From assembly GCF_030684315.1 (NCBI RefSeq), contig NC_081357.1:113407558-113471557 (forward strand): a stretch of DNA of 64,000 nucleotides, written 5' to 3'. Origin of the DNA: Stegostoma tigrinum (Eukaryota). Position numbers and translations under genes: made by a program. This document shows, piece after piece, positions 52,201 to 64,000 of the stretch. Position 1 is the stretch's first letter. Every line of letters starts with the position of its first letter. The notes beneath the pieces were generated by a model, which saw only the letters and a list, made by a program, of their open reading frames with translations, had not been told where the DNA came from and did no database searches.

Positions 52201-55200
52201 TATGATGGCTCCTTAGGTTTAAATCTTTTGCATGCATTTTGTCCCTTTACAGCTTTCCTGTTGTGTAGAGCAATTCAGTTCTACTGAGAACTGAAAGAAT
52301 CCACAGACATAGTCTGTATTCACAATTTTCAGAATAGGGAAAAAAAATTAAACATTTCCTTGTTTAGTTTGTTGTAGACATTTTTTTTGGCTTCTTGCAA
52401 TTTATTGTTTTACATAAAACTGTTCTGAAGTGATGATATCATTTCTATTGTACATTTACAATTAAATCTTCAGCAGTTAACTTCTGGCTACTGTATACTC
52501 AAAAGATGTAACTTTATTATTGAAATTATGTCATAATTCAAAGGACTTTTCAAATTGTGGACAGAAAAAAGCTAAAGAATTGTTTCCAAAACCAAAGGTT
52601 TCTGGGCAGCTCGATGGCACAGTGGTCAGCACTGCCACTCCACAGCACCAGAGTCTCTGCTCCAATTCCAGCCTCGGGTCACTGTCTACATGGAGACTGC
52701 ATGTTCTCCCCATGTGTGCGTGGGTTTCCTCCAGATGCTCCAGTTTCCTCCCACAGTCCGAGGATGTGCAGGATAGGTGGATTGTCCATACTAAAACACC
52801 TAATAGTGCCCAGTGATATGTCCAGTGATGACCCAGGTTGGGTGGGTTAATTATCGTAAATAAGGGCTAGGATGGGAGCCTGGGCTTGGGTGGGATGCCG
52901 TCCGGAAGGCAGCAGACCCGATGGGCCAAAATGCCTTTTTTTCCACAATAGGGATTCTATGATTCTGAAAGATTACTGCTGTTTTTGAAAGCAAGTAATC
53001 TGTCAGTCATTGTAAGTCCTGTTCATACATCTTCCAGTTCAAGCAGCAGTAAATGGTTTGCAAAAATGGAGAATCAGTCGGCAAAATGTAGCTAATTCTC
53101 TGTGAACTAGTGACCAGTAATTGATGGAAAAGGCCTTTTGCTTGCCAGCAACTACATGACTGGTTCCCACATAGCTAAGCAGGTTGGGGTTGTGAACAAG
53201 ATGTGGAGAAACCATCAGATCTCCACAAACTCAGAAATGGTCCCTGTTCTCTACGGTAAAAACAGCTACTCCTGAAGAAAATCCATTTATTTTTCCTTCA
53301 GCAGTTGCTGGAAGCTGTGACTTTTACTTGATGTGCCAGTGACTTTTTATATGGTGTGAACCAGTCATCCCGTGTCTCCTAAAACAAGTGAAAACATCTG
53401 GTGAAGGAAGACAAAGGAGCTGTGTTCTGATCAGCAAGCTATGTGCACTAAGGGCCACCGAATTGTCTTCCTACTCCTTCCGTCTGCCCAACGCACCCAT
53501 TTGTTTTCCCCCTTCTGTTTCTGTTGTATGTGGAAGTTCATTAGGGGCTACAGCTTTACCTAGTAGCGTTATGTGACAACAGCTCATAATTGATGCCTGT
53601 GAGGTCTATTTCATAAAATCCTTGCAGTGTGGAAGCAGGCAATTTGGCTCTTATGGTCCACACCAGTTGAAGAGCATCCCAGTCAGACCCACCAACCCCC
53701 ACCCTATCGATGTAACATTTCCCATGGCTACCCCACCTAGAGTACACATCCCTGGATACTATGGGCAATCCACCAAACCTGAACATCTTTGGACTGTGGG
53801 AGGAAACCAGAGCACCTGGAGGAAACCTGCACAGACATGGGGAACATGTGCAGACTCCACACAGTCACCTGAGGGTGGAATCAAACCCAAGTCCCTGGCA
53901 CTGTGAGGCAGCAGCGCTAACCACTGACCCACCTTGCCCACCTATTTATAATAAATAGTAATGCTTGTAAAGTATAGCAACCATGCATGTTTTCTGTTAA
54001 CCCCCTGGAGCCAAAAGTCAAGTAAATTGCAGAATTTTGCATTTTAAAAAAAAACCTTTAACTTTTGTGACGACTCTGGGAGTAGTAACAGGCTTGATTT
54101 CCAGTGCACTACTCAAGTGAGGCCGAACAAGACATTCAAGACTTCTGGCCCTGTGCTGATAAACATAAATGAAAGGATAAATTATTTGTTTATTAGGTAA
54201 ATAAATCCATAGTCACATCAGAAATGCTTCATGGCCAACAGATGATTTTTGAAGCGCCATCACATTGCACTCCTTGTGATCCTTTCTTGTTAATTGACTT
54301 GAGCGCAAAGCGTTTGTTTTTTGCATTATATTTCCTAAGGGCAATTTACTAAGTCAGTGCACATCTCCATTTTAATTAGAGTATGATAAGAATTCACAGT
54401 TTGTTAGATAAAGTTACAAATGGAAAAATCGAGCTGTTTTTGTCCAGTCAGTCCTTTGTTGAGATTTGTATGTGTTAGATATTCCCAAATAAAAGTTTAA
54501 TTTTGAAGAATAATTTGCCTGACGAACAGAGTAAGTAAAATAATGCATTATGGCACGCTGCTTTATCACCAAGCCCTTGTAAAATGTATGCATTTTACCA
54601 AATTAAATATAGGCTTATTATTTTCCAGAGCTCAACATTCTAACATGATGTACAATTAAATTAGCATGTTGGAAATCACATCCAATACTGACAGCCTTCA
54701 GATGTGGGTCAAAATGCGATAGAACATACAACAAATATTGAGAGAAAGCAGAAATACTGGAAATATCTGCAGTACCTGTCAATATTTGAAGTTATTGGCA
54801 TGCAGACCATTGATGAGGTTATATTATAATGTTACAACTATGTACTTTCCTACCGGTGATCAAAACTATTAAGTTTCCTGATTAAATCTTTATTGAAATT
54901 CAGTGCTGGCTGCAGAGTGCAATGTCCATGGCAAAGTTCTTTCCCTTCAGGACAGAGAGTTAAGCATGAAGGAGCAACTGAAGCAAATCCTTATTATTCA
55001 AGAAATGGTTTTGGGGAAATTGAGGGGATTAAAGCCTGATCAGTCCCCAAGGCCTGATGCTCTGCATCCCAGAGTACTTAATGAAGTGGCCCTAGAAATG
55101 GCAGATGCATTGCTGGTCATTTCCCAGCATTCTGTAAAGTCTGGAAGAGTTCCAGTGGACTGAAAGGTAACTAATGTTACACCACTCTTTAGAAAAGGTG

Positions 55201-55319
55201 GGAGAGAGAAAAGGGGAAATTATAGGCTAGTTGGCCTGATGTCAGTGCTGGGGAAAATGCTGGAGTCAGTTATTAAGGATGTCATGACTGAGCATTTGGA
55301 AAGCGATGACAGATTCAGT

Positions 55320-56069
55320 TCACTATCCCTGGGCCCAAACATACCCTCCAGGTGAAGCCACACTTCACCTGCACTCGCAAGAGTCTGGTCTACTGCATTC
55401 GCTGCTCACAATGTGGTCTCCTCTACTTTGGGGAAACGAAGCGTAGACTTGGCGACTGCTTCGCAGAACATCTGCGTTCTGCTCACAAAAAAGACCCTGA
55501 GCTACCTGTTGCCTTCCACTTCAATACACCACCCTGCTCTCCAGCCAACATCTCTCTCTGGCTTGCTACAGTGTTCCAGTGAAACCCAATGCAAGCTGGA
55601 GGAACAATACCTCATTTTCCGCTTGGGGACCCTACAGCCCTCTGGACTCAATATTGATTTCAATAATTTTAGAGCCTTAACTCTCCCATGTCCCAGCTCC
55701 CCCACCCCACACACCAGGCCTTGTTACCACACAGCCTGCCATTACATACTCCCTGTTGTTAGTCACTAACAGTCCCCATCTATAACTATTCACCCTCCCA
55801 GCCTGATCATTAGCAACTCGCTTGTCTGTCCAACCGTCTTTCTCTCTCTTCGGGCTCTATCGTATCATTTACTCCCTATCCCACCCACCTCCCTATTTTC
55901 TACATATAAACTGACAGTTTCCCAGCCACAATCAGTTCTGAGGAAGGGTCACCGGACCCGAAACGTTAACTCTGTTTTCTCCTCCACAGATGGTGCCAGA
56001 CCTGCTGAGCTTTTCCAGCAACTTTGTTTTTATCCCTGATGTACAGCATCCACAGTTCTTTTGGTTTTT
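55320..56069 (+). mobile_element. 5'-truncated Penelope-like element (GIY-YIG endonuclease and terminal repeat) nested in CR1
   Basis: FTCTRKSLVYCIRCSQCGLLYFGETKRRLGDCFAEHLRS...EEQYLIFRLGTLQPSGLNIDF. TSD acagattcagt (55309-55319) / acacattcagt (56070-56080). Confidence 0.9.
55934..55971 (+). ncRNA. Minimal hammerhead ribozyme motif in the Penelope 3' terminal repeat
   Basis: agtt CTGAGGA a gggtc-accg-gaccc GAAAC GTT aact: 4-bp stem I, 5-bp stem II, palindromic AACGUU. Confidence 0.75.
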
Positions 56070-58274
56070 ACACATTCAGTCCTAGTCAGCATGGATTCAC
56101 TAAAGGGAAATTATGCTTGACAAATCTTCAGGAATTTTTGAGGATGCGATCAACCGAGTGGACAAAGGTGAATCAGTAGATGTTGAGGATCTAGACTTTC
56201 AAAAGGCTTATAACAAGGTTCCACACAAGAGATTAGTAAGGAAAATTAAAGCTCATGGCTTTGGAGGCAGTGTGTGATGTGGGTGGAGAACTGGTTGGCC
56301 GAAAGGAACCAGCGTTGAAATCCTTTTCAGAGCGGCTGGCAGTGCCAGGTAAGGTACCACAGGGTTCAGTGCTGTGACCCCAGGTGTTCACAATACACAT
56401 TAATCATATGGACAAAGGAATTGAATGCCTTATCTCCAAATTTGCAGATGACACTGAGCTGGGTGGCAGTGTCTGCTGAAAGGAGAATGCTAAGAGGCTG
56501 CAGGGTGACTTGGACAGACTAGCTGAGTGGGCAAATACAGTATCATGTGTGCAAATGTGAGATTATCCACTTTGGTCACAATAACAGGGAGGCAGATTAT
56601 TATCTGAGTGGTGGCAGTTTAGAGAAAGGTGAGGTGCAACAAGATCTGGGTTTCATTGTGGAACAGTTGCTCAAGGTTGGCATGCAGGTGCAGCAGGCAG
56701 TGAGGAAACTTAATGGCACGCTGTCCTTCATAGCAAGAGGATTTGAATATCGGAGTAAGGATGTCTTGCTGCACTCAAGGCGTTGCCTCACCTGTATGAG
56801 TATTGTGTGCAGTTTTGGTCTCCTAGCCTGAGGAAGGACATTCTTGTTATTGAGGGACCCCAGTAAAGGTTCACCAGACTGATTCCCAGGATGGCAGGAC
56901 TGACGTATGAAGAAAGACTGGATTGACTGGGCTTGTACCCACTAGAATTTCAAAGAATGAGGGAGGATCTCATATAAATATATAAATCCTGCTGTGACTG
57001 GATAGACTAGATGTGGAGAGAATGTTCCTGATGTTGGGGAAGTCCAGAACTAAGGGTCACAGTCTAAGAATAAAGAGTAAGACATTCGGGACTGACATGA
57101 GGAAGAATTTCTTCACTCAGAGAGTTGTGAATCTGTGGAATTCTCTCCCACAGAAAGCTGTCGGAGCCAGGTCGTTGGATATATTCAGGAGGGAGCTATA
57201 TGTGGCCCTTCTGGCTAAATTGATCAAGGGGTAGGGGGAGAAAGCAAAAATGGGATACTGAGATTGCATGATCGTATTGAATAGTGATGCAGGCTCAAAG
57301 GGCTGAATGGCCTGCTCCGGCACCTATTTTCTATGTTTCTGTTGTAACTTGTAGACTGAGTTTGCGGAGGGAAGAAATGGTTGACACCACATTTTGTTTT
57401 CTAAGATGTAATACGGCATTTGGAACTGAATAATTTGTATCTCTGTCTCTGTTGTGCGTGCATCTTTAAATAGTTGAGTCAGTCTCTTGTTTATTTTTCT
57501 CCTCACTAGTTTATTCCATATTTTCACTCAAACACCTCCCTTGTAATTGACTACATTCTGTTAAATAGTTTCGACCTCGATCACAGTCATAAAATATAAA
57601 ACCCTTCAAGTACGCCATGTCATAGCAAGCTCTACAGTCTCACTGCACTTTGGGTAAGGAGCTTCCTCCTGAACTCCCTGATTATCTTGGATTTACATTT
57701 CCTGTTTTAGACCCCTGAAAGAGGAAACATCTCTACGTGCAGAATCTTCCCATCCCCAGCACAGTATGGGCTTTGGTAGGGAATTTGGGAAAACCTAATG
57801 AGAAGTCTTCGAGGCCCTTTTCAACTTCAAAAACAATAAAGCCCTGTTTATAAACAAGTGTTGGATGTCAAAGTGAGATTTTCATGAGTGAGCAGTGAGA
57901 GGCCCATGAACAGGGCTTGTCACTCATTATTGCCCTCATGATTACTTAATCTCACCTCAGTAGTCCAAGGATGAAGTTTAATACCAGATGGCAATGGAGA
58001 GTGAGGTGTGCAGTGTGAGGCCTCCTGCCCGGCGCTCACTCCTCTGTTCACTTTTACATTGTTTCCTTCTTGCACTGTTTGCTTACTTCAATCAACATAC
58101 CTTCTGTGGAGCGCGAAGGAGATCTGTGTAGCCACGTTACATCATAGAATCCCTACAATGTGGAAACAGGCCCTTCGGCCCAATAGGCCCACCCTGACCC
58201 TCAGAGAATCCCAGCCAGACCCATCCCCCTAATCTACATATCCCTGAACACACTACAGGCAATCTAGCATTGCC

Positions 58275-59160
58275 TTTCCCTTTGCTTCTTGCCCTCACAG
58301 TGGCTGTGTGGATTTTTTTTTGGTTAGAGGAGGACCTAGGGAGGGAAACACTGAAGAAGTGTTTGGGGTTGAACTGTCACTTGACAACAACTCCTCCACA
58401 AACCACCTTCTGGAAACAGTGACTGCCTGATGCAGATATTCCCCACATCGGCCAATCAGTGTCACCACTCTGCTGCCCTGTCCAAGGTGTAGTGTGGAGG
58501 AGATTAGTGCGGAGGAGAGTGAGCCATCGCGAGCAGAGCGAGCCTAACGAGATGGTGCAAGATGGTCTCCCACCCCCCCAAGCACCTGCGGTGGCCGCAA
58601 ACACGGGGAGATTGAACTTATCTTCTGAAGAGAGCTTGGTCGTGGAGGCAGCATGGCAGCCCTGTCAGGTCCAGAGCATGGCGATGCCTGGGAGCCCAGA
58701 TTGAGATTTAAACAGTTGTAGATGGGAGTCCAGTGCGGGAAGAGTGAGCCCAACGTGGCGGTGAGGATGTCCCCTGGCATCTGCAATAATAGCAAGAGCA
58801 AGGAAGCCTGAGGTCTCCCAGAGAATAAGTCAAAGTGGAGGAGCTTGAGCCCTTGTAGGAAGTGCGAGCTCAGCATGGCTAAGCACTTAAAAAAGACTAA
58901 TGAACTTTCTGCTTTATTTTACTTAACGCTAAAAAGCACTATGATGTTTAACTTTTAACTTCATTTCTTTATTTTTCGACTTTATACTAAGATGGGCTAT
59001 GATGTTTATCATTGTTTCTTTATTTCTCTACTTTGTACCTAAGATTTTGTACCTAGGTACCCTTGTACCGAAGATGGCGCCAGGAATGGCGACATTGTAC
59101 ACTTTTCACTGCTCATGTACTTCTGTACTCAAGAACACATGACAATAAATTCTAATTATA
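58275..59160 (+). mobile_element. Non-coding retroposon with a Rex/Babar-like 3' tail
   Basis: Ends acttttcactgctcatgtac...acatgacaataaattctaatt, similar to the LINE tail at about 3945-3980. Confidence 0.5.
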
Positions 59161-60929
59161 ACATGCATTACTTGGTACTACCAGCTGTCAGATAGAAACT
59201 AGATGCCGACAGTTCTGAACATGGAAACCAGCGTGAGTACCTGGCATATCCGGCTCACTGCGATGTCTGTGGACCTCCATGTTGGAGACCTGGCCCTAAG
59301 ATCTCGGAGCATGCTCCATAGACAGGAGCTACACACCCCAAGGGCAGAGACATTGGCAGCCAATATATTAACAGCCTCACTGCATCATCATGGCACATAT
59401 CCAAACCGTTTGCAGCTCGCTTCTGCACGTGATTGCTGCAATTTGGAGTGTACTAGCAGTTTCTTTGCAATGATCCTGCAAGGACAGTTTGTTGAGTGCA
59501 CAGGCATCCAGCTCATGGTTTGGAACAGGCTGTATTTCAGGGCTGGTCACTTGCCTCTTAACACTCACTCACTTTGCATCTGCTTTGACGTTCACAGCAT
59601 CCCTGCCTTGCCTTTTCGCAGATTTTCCCCTGTAGCATACCATAAAGGCTCACAGTACTTATTTGTTGACTTGCCTTTTAGGGCTGACACAACACCACGC
59701 AGCTAGTCACAGTTGTCAGCAGTCAGCAATCAAGAAGGTGGACATGTTGCTGCAACAGACGTTGCTACATCAGTGTAACACCTATACCATGTTCCATGCC
59801 AACGGCACTGCATAAGCTTCAACCAAATGGCCATGGCTCAAAGGAGAGTAGCCCTCAATCAAGTTGAGGAAGAAACTTCCAGGCAAGCAGGTCCCAGAAT
59901 AGTGTATGAAGGGCAGCTTCAGATATATTTGCAGGGGCTTGGTCACAGTCGTTTGGGCTCGGGGTAGTCATGGTCAGGTTGTCTGTGCCTCTATACCCTG
60001 CGGAGTGGGACATGTTCGGCTGTGTGGGTCAATGCACCCAGTTTGCAGAGTTGGATGTGCACCTTCAGGGAGGGTCACGCATTGTTCCGGGCTGCCCAGC
60101 AGTGCAATGCTTCCACTGAAAGTCTGGGAATAATCGGGGCCACTGCCGAGGGAAGGAGGGTAGCTGGGGAGCTTAATTACAGGGATTTGGAGCATAGGAG
60201 ATTGCCGTGTGAAAAAGGTGGCCACCCAATATTCAAAGGGATGTAACAATAGAGCATTGAAAAGAAAGGATGGGAGAGAGTGGGGTTGGCATTAGATTCC
60301 TAGATCTGCCATATTTACTCAAGATGCCTGGGCTGGGGAGGGACAAAATGGGAAGGAATGCTTACATCTGGAAGTGCACCAATCATAAGTAGCTGAGTGT
60401 GAGACTCACTAATAAAGGAACAATTCTGTTTCCTTCCTTTTTGCTGTAAATAACAAGTCACAATGGAGATGAAAACAAATGTGACCACACCAGAAGTGTC
60501 AGAGTTCGATTTTGTCTGGTGTCCAAATCCTTACCTCAGACACACATCAGGAAGGATCCCGACCCGAAACATTACCTTTCCTGCCCCTCTGATGCTGCAT
60601 GGCCTGCTGTGCTCTTCCAGCTCCCCACTGTGTTATCTCTAACTCCAGCATCTGCAGTTCTTGCTATCTCATGTAACATAATGAATCAATCTCACTAAAT
60701 GGGTCTGATACATGAGCAGTGCTTTGCTATCTTGAAAAATTGACTGCAGTTGCCAAAGTAGCAATTCACTCAGACCTGTACATGTTGCAAGAGCTGCTCA
60801 TTTCTCGCCTTGTACCATCAAACATCGTGCAGCACTAAAAGCTTTGTACCCTCAGTGTATAGTTGTGTCGAGACACAGACTCTCACACATACAGCCTGTG
60901 GTGAAAAGTGAATGTATAATTACGCATTT

Positions 60930-62830
60930 GAAAACTTATTTACATTCATGTATCACCAGTGCCATTTGTGACCTCAGAAGGTCGTCATCTTTCTTTCCTT
61001 CCCCCACCATTTCAATACAGTCCCAGATTCCACAGCTGGCGTGGAGGGAGCCTTCTCGAGCTTGTTTGCCTGGGAAGCTTGGTCAAATGACCGCCAGGGC
61101 ATTTTTGTCCCGAGAGCCCCAACATCGTGGGTGTGACCTGTCCAGAGGCCAGGTACGCCTCCTCAGCTTGAACTCCCAGAGGGTTGATGGCAGCAGGTGG
61201 GTAGAGGTGGAGGGCCCGGCACCTCAGAGTGTCCCGAGGTGAGCCTCCTGTGGGGTGTATGTCCTTTGTATGTGTTGGTTCCATTGGCTGTGTCTACTGT
61301 CACTGCCCTGCCTTCTTGTGAGGATGGAGAACTTGGAGTGAGTTCAGAGTTTCTCAGCCACCTGACTCTTTGCTGAATGGCCTGAATGCCAGTCACTAGA
61401 GCATTGGAGCGCAGGTCTGTGCGCATATCCATTAGACTCTGAGTGTGATAGACCAGGTTCTCTCTTGGTAGTTGCCAGCAAAACCATGGAGGCAGCCAGA
61501 TGCTCAGCATACCTGAGGCAGCAGGGCCCCAAAGACATCGCTGCCAACCTGACAGACAGACCTGCCCGCTGCTCGCCTGTCGATAACGTCCCCACTTCCT
61601 GCCACCATGACATCCTCTCCTGCCGAATGCTGAGCAGAAGCCTGGTCCTCTGACCGGCTGCAGAGACATGGGAGTGAAGTGCTCACCAATTCTAATTAAA
61701 GTAGCATGCCAACTGAGCTGGGTGGGCATGTAAGAGGCTGCCTTACTGGCGTCCATGGTCTGTACCTCAGAAGTGAAGGAGGACAAGTCTTGAGGCACTA
61801 CCCTCTTGGCTGCAGAGACCATGGCATTCCTGCTGATAACTGCAGGAGATAAAGGAGAGAATTTGTCACTATCAAAGGGGTAGATGGTTTGCTTTGTTGA
61901 TAATCCATCCACAGTTGGGATGTTGGGATAGCAACATTACAGTGAAACAGTGTTTTCAGTATCTCCACTGGATGGGTGCTAGTCCTCAAAGGCAAGGGTC
62001 AAGATGTTCCTTCTTGTGGGTGAGGATCAGCCAAATGTCAGGTACCCCATCACCATCCTGGCTCTTTCAGACCGTTTATGGCTCAATTTCACTTGGGATG
62101 AGAGAAAGGAAAGGACTGAGTGAAATTTAAGTGGATGACACAGCTCGTAGTGCTAGTGTAGATTGGAGGGATAGGTGGGGAGATGTCCCATGTGAAAGAG
62201 TAGGCAGCACAAAGGCCACGTGAGGGGAAGCAGGTGATAATGAGAGACGTGGAACATGAGCCTTGGTGGGAGGTGGGTTTAGGAACAGGTGTGGTGAGGT
62301 GGCAGAGTGACCTGGTAAAATGGAGAAGGTCATTGACCATCTTGCAAAACAGCTGAGTGTTTCTGTGGACTGTTGAGACTGCATGGACGTCGCTGTCGAC
62401 CTGGGACCAGGATGACAGTGTCTGCTGTTGTGACCTCTTCTGCCAGTTTTAGGGGAAGAAGAGCTCTCTCCCCTTACTGCCCTATTCATCAGGACCCTCC
62501 GGCTCCTGTCCGAAATGTGGCATGTCAATTTGCCCATGTCTGCCATATCTGGGGCAAAAGCCTCCAACTGTGCAGGGCAGCCACAGACTCCCAGCGCCTG
62601 ACTGGTGCACATCTGCCTTTTAACAATGGCACTGGCGCCAGGGTCCCAGGATACCCCAGCAATGGCAAGCACATCTTCAGGTGGATGGGAGAATCGGTCT
62701 AGTGTAGGATCAGAGGGATGCCATAGAGGGGCGTGGTAGGTAGCCAATGAGGCAAGATCAAGTCGATTGCACGAGAAACCTGTTAGGCCTCTCGAAGAGA
62801 ACCCTCCTGGAACTCGATGAAAATGACACT
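60930..62830 (-). mobile_element. PIF/Harbinger transposon remnant: spliced Myb/SANT-like ORF2 pseudogene (ATG at 62546)
   Basis: MADMGKLTCHISDRSRRVLMNRAV...WSQVDSDVHAVSTVHRNTQLFCKMVNDLLHFTR, then a second exon KLSHKRSERAR/GDGVPDIWLILTHKKE. These match the family patterns APRFSD..W..VA..V...R...QCRK..NDL and K.AHN.RE..TGGG. Frameshifted; boundaries approximate. Confidence 0.6.
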
Positions 62831-64000
62831 TGGTCAGTTTCTGATTAGGACGGTCAGGGACATTGTGAGCTAAAACCTTTGTTTTATGTGTTCTGAGACA
62901 ACAGTGGCACAGCCCCCTCTCTCAGCTCTTACTGATGTTTTCCTTCTGTTCCAACCGATGACTGAGTTTTCAGGCCTCAAAATGGGGCCACAGTGTGAAG
63001 TGGTTTGGAAGCACTGATCTACATCATGGAACACTTAATAATTTTTATATGTGTGTATTAGATCATGCCTCAGCCTTCTCTTTCTTCAAAACGATCTGGT
63101 CTGTTTTCTGCTAGATGTAATCTGAGTTCTGGTATAATTTGCTTTCATTTATATCTTCTCTACCATTAGCATCTATATATTACTATCTTTTTTTTGTATC
63201 TCTTTATATCAGCTAATGCACCAGTAGAGGTGGAAGGTACTATCAGTGTCTCTAAGCTAAAGGCTCTAAAATGGCTTTCCTCTTACTTAGTACAAGTCTG
63301 TATTGAAAGAATTGTTATCAGGTGTGACATGTTCCATGAGTGACTAAATTTTGTGAAATCTAGGTTGACCTCACTGAAATTGGGTGTTAGAGGGATAGCA
63401 ATGCAATTATCACGTACCCCAACAGGAGGCAGCAGCTTCAGGAGACCACAGAGTTGAACTGGGATGGGACAAATCTAAATAATTGATGATTTTACTATTT
63501 AGCGAATGTAAAGTGAAGCAAAAGCCTACTAGTTTTCTGAGCTGAATGTGATTAGTTAACCACTTAGTCATTTCAAAGAGGTGGGCTAGACAGCTGGTTT
63601 GCAAAGCTGAGTGATGCCAACCGTGTGGGTTCAGTTCCCACAATGGCTGAGGCCATCATGAGGAACTTTCCTTCTTGACCTCTCCCTTCGCCTGAGGTGG
63701 GATGTCCCTCAGGTTAAACCACCAGCAGTCATCATTCTGTAATCAGAGAGCAGTCCGATGGTTCTCTGGCGCCATGGCAACTTCATATTTTAGTCTGTTG
63801 AAGGGATGTATGGCATTGTTTCTGTCCCTCCACAAGTGCACAAGGGGTTTAGACGGAGGCCCCTGTAATGGAAGCTGTCTGTGCACTGATCCTGGCATGG
63901 ACTGAGCGTGTTTACCAAGGACCACTCTGGCTGTAGCACTTCAGAGCCTGCCTTTTGATAGGTGGAGTTCGTCACACTGAAATCGTTGGTAGCTTCCCAT

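Larger units (their letters stand above)
54940..57345 (+). mobile_element. CR1 LINE (5'-truncated, degenerate ORF2) interrupted by a Penelope element
   Basis: SPRPDALHPRVLNEVA, PLFRKGGREKRGNYRLV, SQHGFTKGK, YLDFQKA-like segment, SKFADDTEL, RKNFFTQRVVNLWNSLP. Tail cctattttctatgtttct. Confidence 0.9.

Noticed and set aside
48905-53940. tRNA-like A/B boxes and Cys/Pro-rich ORFs
   Set aside because: These are heads and bodies of V-SINE copies, not tRNA genes or proteins.
59203-59706. 167-aa ORF containing GDLAL, considered as an RNF144A start (WDLALD)
   Set aside because: It lacks the RPTW and PLVSCKLC context and the RING cysteine spacing, and it lies within transposon-derived sequence.

Overview
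Eukaryotic, repeat-rich DNA from a cartilaginous fish. The HE1-type V-SINEs, DeuSINE, CR1 and Penelope families point to a shark, probably a carpet shark; the species call is an inference. The window holds the conserved antiviral CMPK2-RSAD2 (viperin) locus. CMPK2 is on the minus strand: coding exons 1-4 lie between 16505 and 583, and the last exon is left of the window. It sits head-to-head with a complete 6-exon RSAD2 on the plus strand (23568-33811, 347 aa). Each gene has its own ISRE/IRF cluster. A CpG-rich region at about 38.0-39.7 kb is probably the RNF144A promoter by synteny; I found no RNF144A coding exon in the window. The rest is transposon debris: CR1, L2-like, Rex/Babar, Penelope, Gypsy, Harbinger and SINEs. 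Observations most worth follow-up: (1) minimal hammerhead-ribozyme motifs in Penelope-derived repeats; (2) a young TSD-flanked insertion forming a perfect 95-bp inverted repeat in RSAD2 intron 2; (3) a strictly 11-bp-phased 44/33-bp higher-order repeat in the CpG island; (4) signs of an old tandem duplication around CMPK2 exon 4. All calls were made by eye without database searches.
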